Shown here: positions 57,513 to 64,000 of the stretch, piece by piece | Layout of the letters: every line of letters begins with the position of its first letter | How positions within the stretch are numbered: position 1 is the first letter of the stretch | Source: Candidatus Paceibacter sp. | Lineage (GTDB): Bacteria; Patescibacteriota; Patescibacteriia; S139-126 | Direction: 5' to 3' | Length of the DNA stretch: 64,000 nucleotides | Assembly: GCA_020724865.1 (NCBI GenBank) | Contig: DYGA01000001.1 | Location: forward strand, 196,624 to 260,623 | The notes under the pieces: generated by a model | The model's input: the letters and a program-made list of their open reading frames with translations, nothing else | Databases searched by the model: none | What the model was told of the DNA's origin: nothing | Translations under genes and position numbers: made by a program

Positions 57513-59360
57513 CTAATTTTCCGTCTTAAAACGTCTTTTGGTTTTGATGTACCAATTAGTCGAATCATTAAGACGGTCGCTAGGTATATTTATTCTCGTT
57601 GTTTTAAAGCCAAGTACTTTTTTATTCAACAAATATGAATAAGTTGGTTGAAATAAAAATATTGCTGGTTTGTATTCTAAAATAATATTTTCAAATTGAC
57701 TAAACAGTTCAGATTTTTTGTTTAAATCATTAGTCTCTCTGGCTTGTTCTAATAAAGCATCGGCTCTTTTATTATTAAAGCTGGTCAAATTAAATCCAGA
57801 ATCCTTTTGTTGCGAGGAATGCCAAAATGGATAAAAATCTGGGTCAGCTCCTAGTATTTCTCCGAACAATAATAGTTCATAATTTCGTGTTCTTATGGTC
57901 TCTCTTTGAATACTACTGGCAGGGACAATGTTTAGATTTGTTTTAATACCCACTTCTTGCCAAAAATCTCTTATCATATTGGCCATCTTTATATTGTCTG
58001 GATAGTCAACTGTAGTTAATGTTAATTCTAGTATTTTATTGTCTTTATAAAGGAACTGATCTTCATCTTTCTTTTGCCAATTTAGCTCGGTTAATATCTT
58101 AATTGCTTCTTCGGGATTATACGGATTGGTATTTAAATTTTGATTATAGCCTGGTAATCCTGGAAGTAGTGGACTGGCTAGAGCTAAAGCTTCACCGGCA
58201 AAAACATCATTTATTAATTTATTTTTATCAATAGTAAGTTCCAGTACATTTCTAATTTTTTGTTCTTTAAGAATGTCGTTTTTGTTTTCATTGATAAAGA
58301 TTCCAGTATATTGGGGCAATTGCAAGTTATAGATTTGCAATTGACGGTTGTTTTTTTCTAAGGATTGTTTTTTTTCTTTGGGTATAAAACTTATACCATC
58401 TACATTTTGTTCCAGAAGAGCTTGCCAAGCCAGATCGTAATTGGCATAAAATTTGAAATTTAAATTTTTTATGTAAGGTTTTTGTCCATAAAAATTTTCA
58501 AAAGGCTTTAAAGAATAGGATATTAAGTTGCCGTCTTTATTTTTTTTCAGACCGTCAAATTGCCAGGGCCCAGAACCAATTGGTTTTAAATTAAGTTCAG
58601 CCAGTTTGTAGCTTTGGGAAGATATGTTTTCCCAAGCATGAGCCGGTAAAATACCAACAGTTAAACTATGTAGAAAAGGTGCAAACGGTTTTTCTAAAAC
58701 AAATTGTATTTTACGATCATCTAGTTGATTTACTTTCACTCCTCGAAAAGATGGTTCTAAGGGGGAGTTATTTCTAATATCTTGAATCATGTTAATGGTG
58801 AAAGCTATGTCTTTTGTAGTCAACTCTTTATTATCATGCCAGCGAATATTTGGTTTGATTGTAAAGGTATAAGTTTTTCCGTCAGGAGAAATTTCGTAGC
58901 TTTCGGCTATATCATTTTCTAATTCAAGATTGTTGTTGTATTTAAGTAAACCAGAGTAAATTAATTTTATCAGGTCAGTGTCAACATCATTGGTTGATCC
59001 AAAAATTGGATTAATATATTGTGGCGTGCCAATTAAAGCTTCGGTGTAGCTTCCACCAGCTTTAGGGATTAAAATTGTGTGACGCCAGGTAAAACTAAAA
59101 ATAAATGATAGTAAAGAGATTGATCCAATTAAAATAAAAGATACTACTAACCTTTTTTCTTTTTTATTTAAAAAGCGAGGTAAGTATTTTAATTGTTTTA
59201 AATGGGGCAGTCGCTTAGGTGATAATTGAAGAATTAATTTTTCATCATATTCTTCTACTAAACGGACACCATTTTTTTTCTCAGCTTTAAACCAATAGGT
59301 GATTTTTTTGAACCAATATTGAATAAAGCTGGTAGTTTTATTTAACCACGATAAATTCAC
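57513..59360 (-). CDS. Membrane-anchored family 5 (peptide/nickel-type) solute-binding protein
   Basis: IYSGL, SPDGKTYTF, WHD, PIGSGP, FWHSSQ; N-terminal TM anchor. Confidence 0.88.
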   Translation of the reverse strand: MNLSWLNKTTSFIQYWFKKITYWFKAEKKNGVRLVEEYDEKLILQLSPKRLPHLKQLKYLPRFLNKKEKRLVVSFILIGSISLLSFIFSFTWRHTILIPKAGGSYTEALIGTPQYINPIFGSTNDVDTDLIKLIYSGLLKYNNNLELENDIAESYEISPDGKTYTFTIKPNIRWHDNKELTTKDIAFTINMIQDIRNNSPLEPSFRGVKVNQLDDRKIQFVLEKPFAPFLHSLTVGILPAHAWENISSQSYKLAELNLKPIGSGPWQFDGLKKNKDGNLISYSLKPFENFYGQKPYIKNLNFKFYANYDLAWQALLEQNVDGISFIPKEKKQSLEKNNRQLQIYNLQLPQYTGIFINENKNDILKEQKIRNVLELTIDKNKLINDVFAGEALALASPLLPGLPGYNQNLNTNPYNPEEAIKILTELNWQKKDEDQFLYKDNKILELTLTTVDYPDNIKMANMIRDFWQEVGIKTNLNIVPASSIQRETIRTRNYELLLFGEILGADPDFYPFWHSSQQKDSGFNLTSFNNKRADALLEQARETNDLNKKSELFSQFENIILEYKPAIFLFQPTYSYLLNKKVLGFKTTRINIPSDRLNDSTNWYIKTKRRFKTEN

Positions 59361-59404
59361 AACTGATATAGTTTAATAAGTAGAGAAAATTATATTTTTT
59401 GAAG

Positions 59405-59629
59405 TTATTCACTAAGAAAAACAGCAATATAAAAACTTAAAGCAAAAAAAATAACCCCCAGAATAATAGTGATATAATATAATGTTTTTTCAGCGCCTCG
59501 CTTAGCTCGAAAGACTTGATTGCCACCGCCAAAAACGGCGCCTGTGCCACTACCTCTATTTTGTAGGGTAACAGCAAATATTAAAAGAAAAGCAACTACC
59601 ATCTGAATTATGAGTAAAGGTTTGTTCAT
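59405..59629 (-). CDS. secG: Preprotein translocase subunit SecG
   Basis: VTLQNRGSG.GAVFGG...RGAEK.L; start placed at MNKPL. Confidence 0.9.
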   Translation of the reverse strand: MNKPLLIIQMVVAFLLIFAVTLQNRGSGTGAVFGGGNQVFRAKRGAEKTLYYITIILGVIFFALSFYIAVFLSE

Positions 59630-59715
59630 TGATTTGACTGAATATGACAATAAAAAAGAAGGTTTATTAACCTGAACAAAGTATAACAAATAATATTTGC
59701 TTTGTCAAGATTAAT

Positions 59716-61245
59716 TTATTTAAAAATTTGACGACTATGTCGTAAACGATAATAGCTTATCGCAAAGCGGTGAGCTTCATCTCTGATTCTTTGTAATAAT
59801 TTTAATTCCGGACTATCAGTTTTTAAATGCAAGGAGAGTTTTTTATCAGGAAAAAAAATTTCTTCATTTTTTTTAGCCAAAGCAATCATAGGTAAATTTA
59901 TTTTTAAATTCCGCATTGTTTTTTTGACACTAGAGAGTTGTCCTTTGCCGCCATCAATAATTATTAAATCAGGGTAAGACCAATTTTTATTTCCAGAAAA
60001 TCGCCGGGCAATTACCTCAGCTAGCATGGCAAAGTCATTAATGCCTTTGGTATATTTAATTTTAAATTTTCGGTATTGTGATTTATCTGGTTCGCCATTA
60101 GTAAAAACTACCATAGCACCAACGGCAAAGTTTCCTTGAATATTAGATATATCGTAACACTCAATTCTATTTGGTACTTTAGGAAGCGACAATTTATTAG
60201 TTAAATTTAAAATTGTTTGTAATTCATTTTTTTCAGTTTTATAAAATGAAGGTATTTTTTTTGCTAAGTATTCCTGAGCATTGAAATTGCCGAGTTCAAG
60301 TATTTTTTTTAATCGTCCGCTTTTTTTAAAACTAATTTTTATTTTTTTCTGTTTTATGGTCAGTTTGTTTTTGTTAAGTGGTATATCGCATATTATTTCA
60401 TTGGGCAGATCATTGGTTTGGGGATAATAATTTTGTATAAATTCCATGAGAATATGTTTTTTGTCGCTTATTTTTGAACCAATGATAAAGTTTAGTTTAT
60501 CAATAATTTTACCTTGTCTAATACGAAATAAATTAATAGCATGTTGCTGTCGCCAAGAAAATAGATTGATAACATCTTGATTGGTTAGTTTGGTACTGAC
60601 GATTTTTTGTTTTTGTGTAATTTTTTCGATAGCTAAAAGGCGATTACGATAAATTGCCGCTAGTTCATAGTTTTTTTTGTTAGCAGCCATCATCATTTTT
60701 TTCTTTAATTCCTGGATAACTATTTTAGTATTCCCTTGAAAAAATTTTTTTATTTGTTTGATAGTTGATAGATATTCTTTATCAGTGAAATTTTTTTTAA
60801 AAGCAGTTGGCCCTTTTTGCCAAAATAGAGCTAAAATTTTTCTGACCGCACTAGCTGATAGAAATGGTCCAAAATATGTTGCCCGATCTTTTTTTATTTG
60901 TCTTTCGATAGTTACATTGGGCGGATTGGTGTTTGATATTTTTACATAACAAAAATTTTTATCATCTTTGAGGTCAATATTGTATTTTGGTTGATGTTTT
61001 TTTATTAAATTTTTCTCTAACAGCATAGCTTCTATTTCATTGCTGACGATAATAGTTTCAATACTATCTATTTCTTGAAGCATAATTTTTTTGGCTGGAG
61101 AAAGCTCTGCATTTTTTGTAAAATAACTTTTAATTCTCAGGCGAAGATTTTTTGCTTTGCCAATATAGATTATCTGTTGTTGATTATTTTTAAACAGATA
61201 ACATCCTGGCTGATTGGGTAAATTGGTTAAATAATCTTTTTTCAT
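59716..61245 (-). CDS. uvrC: Excinuclease ABC subunit C (short form)
   Basis: GIY-YIG PGCYLF..YIGKA.NL; RIECYDIS, IDGGKGQL, RDEAHRFA. Confidence 0.92.
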   Translation of the reverse strand: MKKDYLTNLPNQPGCYLFKNNQQQIIYIGKAKNLRLRIKSYFTKNAELSPAKKIMLQEIDSIETIIVSNEIEAMLLEKNLIKKHQPKYNIDLKDDKNFCYVKISNTNPPNVTIERQIKKDRATYFGPFLSASAVRKILALFWQKGPTAFKKNFTDKEYLSTIKQIKKFFQGNTKIVIQELKKKMMMAANKKNYELAAIYRNRLLAIEKITQKQKIVSTKLTNQDVINLFSWRQQHAINLFRIRQGKIIDKLNFIIGSKISDKKHILMEFIQNYYPQTNDLPNEIICDIPLNKNKLTIKQKKIKISFKKSGRLKKILELGNFNAQEYLAKKIPSFYKTEKNELQTILNLTNKLSLPKVPNRIECYDISNIQGNFAVGAMVVFTNGEPDKSQYRKFKIKYTKGINDFAMLAEVIARRFSGNKNWSYPDLIIIDGGKGQLSSVKKTMRNLKINLPMIALAKKNEEIFFPDKKLSLHLKTDSPELKLLQRIRDEAHRFAISYYRLRHSRQIFK

Positions 61246-61341
61246 AATATAGTAAAACTTGACTAAATATAGGATATAGTATATTTTATACTATTATTAC
61301 TTTAACATAAACACAAATAATTTATTAAAAGGAGAGGAATT

Positions 61342-61557
61342 ATGATTAAAATAGTTTGTCCTTGGTGTCATTCGTCTAATGTAGAAAAAAAATTTTCTAA
61401 TGAAAATGAAATTGTTAAATATCAAGAATATGTTTGCCAAGATTGTAAAAAATCAAGTTGGCAACAAGCAGATTATGATATTAATCAATTATTATTTCTA
61501 GAAAAAAGAGAATTTTTCATGTTAGACCCAGATTCTTTTCCCTTTCTCGGTAGATAA
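61342..61557 (+). CDS. Small zinc-ribbon protein
   Basis: CPWC...CQDC; AAAGGAG SD; followed by a terminator. Confidence 0.6.
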   Translation: MIKIVCPWCHSSNVEKKFSNENEIVKYQEYVCQDCKKSSWQQADYDINQLLFLEKREFFMLDPDSFPFLGR

Positions 61558-61564
61558 TATTTTT

Positions 61565-61593
61565 GGGTTAAGCTCTAAGCTTGACCCTTTTTT
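61565..61593 (+). terminator. Intrinsic terminator
   Basis: GGGTTAAGC...GCTTGACCC followed by a T tract. Confidence 0.7.
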
Positions 61594-61645
61594 ATTTTTG
61601 ATATATACTAACTGCTGATTTTTTTACTTACTTTTATACCCCGTT

Positions 61646-64000
61646 ATGCCAACAAAAAATAATATAACCAAAGATAATCATAAAATAGTCATCCGTGGCG
61701 CTCGAGTGCATAATTTAAAAAATATAGATATTGATATACCCAGAGATAAATTGGTGGTTATAACCGGTTTATCTGGCAGCGGCAAATCATCTTTGGCCTT
61801 TGATACTATTTATGCTGAAGGACAAAGGCGTTATGTTGAAAGTTTGTCATCTTACGCCAGACAATTTTTAGGATTGATGGATAAACCAGATGTTGATGTT
61901 ATTGAAGGGCTATCGCCGGCTATTTCCATTGATCAGCGTTCAGTATCTCATAACCCCCGTTCGACCGTTGGAACTGTTACTGAGATTTATGATTATCTCA
62001 GATTGCTTTATGCTCGAATCGGAAAACCACATTGTCCAAACTGCGGACAATTGGTAGTTAAACAAACCAAGCAACAAATTTTTCAAAAAATAGTTACTTT
62101 ACCTGAAGGTACTCAACTTGTATTGTTGGCTCCGGTGGTAAGAGATAAAAAGGGTGAACACAAAGGAGTTTTGGAAAAAATACAAAAAGCTGGTTATGTT
62201 AGAGTTAGAATAGATAATGAGATTATGCCGATTGAGGAAGCTATGGATAAAAATATTGACAAGCAAAAAAGTCACAATATAGAAGTAATTATTGATCGTA
62301 TTTCAGTTAGCAACGATGTTGATGATAAACAGAGATTGTTAGAAAGCGTTGAGACCGCCCTTGATTTAGGCGACGGTTTTATTATGGTATCGCTTGAAGG
62401 TGGTAATGAGAACTTTATTTATAGCGAACATTTTGTCTGTCCCAAATGTAACACTAGTTTACTTCCTATTGAACCTAGAAATTTTTCCTTTAATTCTCCG
62501 CACGGCGCTTGTTTAGAGTGTAGTGGTTTGGGAACTAAATTGGAAATAGATCAGGAATTAGTAATACCCAATAAAAAATTGACCATAGCTCAAGGAGCAA
62601 TAAGGCCTTGGGCTAGAACCAGGGCAAATCAAAGTTGGTATGTTAGAATTTTGGAACAGGTAGGTAAAAAGCACGGATTTTCTGTTCATGAACCTTTGGA
62701 AAATTTCAACAAAAAACAGCTTAATATTTTACTTTTTGGCACTGGTGATAAAAAGTATACCATGGATATTGAGAGTATAAGTTTTTCTGGAGAATACGCG
62801 ACAAACTTTGAAGGGGTTATTCCTAATTTAGAAAGGCGTTATAAGGATACTGAATCAGATTATGTTCGGGGGGAGATTGAAAGATATATGCGAGTGCTTA
62901 AATGTCCTAAGTGTCAGGGGAAAAGATTAAATCCCCAATCTTTAGCTGTGAAGGTAGCAGAAAAAAATATCAATGAAGTAACAACTTTAACAGTCAGCGA
63001 AGCCATTCCTTTTTTTAAACAATTGGCCAGCCCCAATCACAATGAAAATTTAACCGAAAGGGAACAGAAAATTTCTAAACAAATATTAAAAGAGATAATC
63101 TCTCGTTTACAATTTTTACAAAACGTTGGTTTAGAATATTTAACTTTGGATCGGCCGGCCGCTACCTTATCCGGAGGAGAAGCTCAAAGAATTAGATTGG
63201 CCACACAAATTGGTTCGGCGTTAGTCGGTGTACTTTATATTTTAGATGAACCATCAATTGGATTACACCAAAAAGATAATCATAAATTGATAAAAACTTT
63301 ACAACAGCTAAGAGATTTGGGTAATACCGTTATTGTTGTCGAACATGACGAAGATACAATTTTAAGTGCTGATTATGTAATTGATATTGGTCCGGGCGCG
63401 GGTGAGCATGGCGGAGAAATTGTTGCTTGCGGGACACCTGAACAAATTAAAAAAAATAAAAATTCTTTAACCGGTAAATTTATTTCTGGGAAAGAAAAGA
63501 TTAATATTCCCGTAAAATATCGTGAAAGTAATGGTAAAAGTATAAAAATAATTGGTGCCACTGAACACAATTTAAAAAATATTGATGTAACCATACCTTT
63601 AGGTAAATTGGTGGCTATTACCGGTGTTTCAGGTAGTGGCAAATCAACTTTGATGACTGATATTTTAGCTAAAGCTTTAGCGCAGCATTTTTATCGAGCC
63701 AAGGATTTACCAGGCGCTCATAAAGCAATTAAAGGTTTAGAAAATTTAGATAAAGTTATCAATATTGATCAATCGCCAATTGGTCGCACTCCTAGATCAA
63801 ATCCAGCAACTTACACAGGTCTATTTACCCCGATTAGAGAACTTTATGCTGAGTTACCAGAATCTAAAATGCGCGGTTATAGTCCAGGAAGATTTTCTTT
63901 CAATGTTAAAGGTGGTCGTTGTGAAGCTTGCCAGGGGGATGGGTTGGTAAGGATAGAAATGAATTTTTTACCTGATGTTTATGTTGAATGTGAAGAGTGT
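61646..64000 (+). CDS. uvrA: Excinuclease ABC subunit A, 3' partial (absent from the ORF track)
   Basis: Hand translation: [69 protein letters not shown]. Confidence 0.96.
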   Translation, partial: MPTKNNITKDNHKIVIRGARVHNLKNIDIDIPRDKLVVITGLSGSGKSSLAFDTIYAEGQRRYVESLSSYARQFLGLMDKPDVDVIEGLSPAISIDQRSVSHNPRSTVGTVTEIYDYLRLLYARIGKPHCPNCGQLVVKQTKQQIFQKIVTLPEGTQLVLLAPVVRDKKGEHKGVLEKIQKAGYVRVRIDNEIMPIEEAMDKNIDKQKSHNIEVIIDRISVSNDVDDKQRLLESVETALDLGDGFIMVSLEGGNENFIYSEHFVCPKCNTSLLPIEPRNFSFNSPHGACLECSGLGTKLEIDQELVIPNKKLTIAQGAIRPWARTRANQSWYVRILEQVGKKHGFSVHEPLENFNKKQLNILLFGTGDKKYTMDIESISFSGEYATNFEGVIPNLERRYKDTESDYVRGEIERYMRVLKCPKCQGKRLNPQSLAVKVAEKNINEVTTLTVSEAIPFFKQLASPNHNENLTEREQKISKQILKEIISRLQFLQNVGLEYLTLDRPAATLSGGEAQRIRLATQIGSALVGVLYILDEPSIGLHQKDNHKLIKTLQQLRDLGNTVIVVEHDEDTILSADYVIDIGPGAGEHGGEIVACGTPEQIKKNKNSLTGKFISGKEKINIPVKYRESNGKSIKIIGATEHNLKNIDVTIPLGKLVAITGVSGSGKSTLMTDILAKALAQHFYRAKDLPGAHKAIKGLENLDKVINIDQSPIGRTPRSNPATYTGLFTPIRELYAELPESKMRGYSPGRFSFNVKGGRCEACQGDGLVRIEMNFLPDVYVECEEC

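Noticed and set aside
460-63950. Numerous 60-105 aa ORFs nested in or antisense to long genes
   Set aside because: Shadow frames of well-supported genes with no independent motifs
1-64000. CRISPR array, rRNA, transposase, integrase, reverse transcriptase/DGR
   Set aside because: No regularly spaced repeats or matching motifs seen; the pilin 50-bp repeat is exact, without the adenine-specific mismatches of a DGR TR/VR pair

Overview
Low-GC bacterial chromosomal segment using genetic code 11 (TGA and TAG both act as stops). Its gene content strongly suggests Patescibacteria/CPR (inference): an array of VirB2/TrbC-like pilins, orphan solute-binding proteins, rpoBC without the rplKAJL block, and almost no biosynthetic genes. 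The left third is accessory. It holds a galU-solute-binding protein-six-pilin locus, a decayed AT-rich islet with a DUF6671 pseudogene beside tRNA-Ser, a TspO/MsrBA stress cluster, a DUF2726/NERD/truncated Mod defence remnant, an ECF sigma/anti-sigma module and a pyruvoyl arginine decarboxylase. The rest is mostly core: rpsA, gyrA, polA, holA, rpsT, folD, uvrB, uvrC, uvrA (partial, absent from the ORF track), ruvA, murE, rpoB, rpoC, trpS, rnj and secG. Eight tRNAs lie across the window. The most notable observations are a RibL-like nucleotidyltransferase fused to TruB, a readable ECF promoter motif (TGAAAy-N16-TGTAGTA) before the sigma gene and one target, a possible anti-SD switch in the leader of the major pilin, twin palindromic terminator/promoter elements bracketing lhgO, and 7-nt-period hairpins around tRNAs. 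No CRISPR array, rRNA, transposase or integrase was seen. All family assignments come from motif recognition by eye, not database searches.
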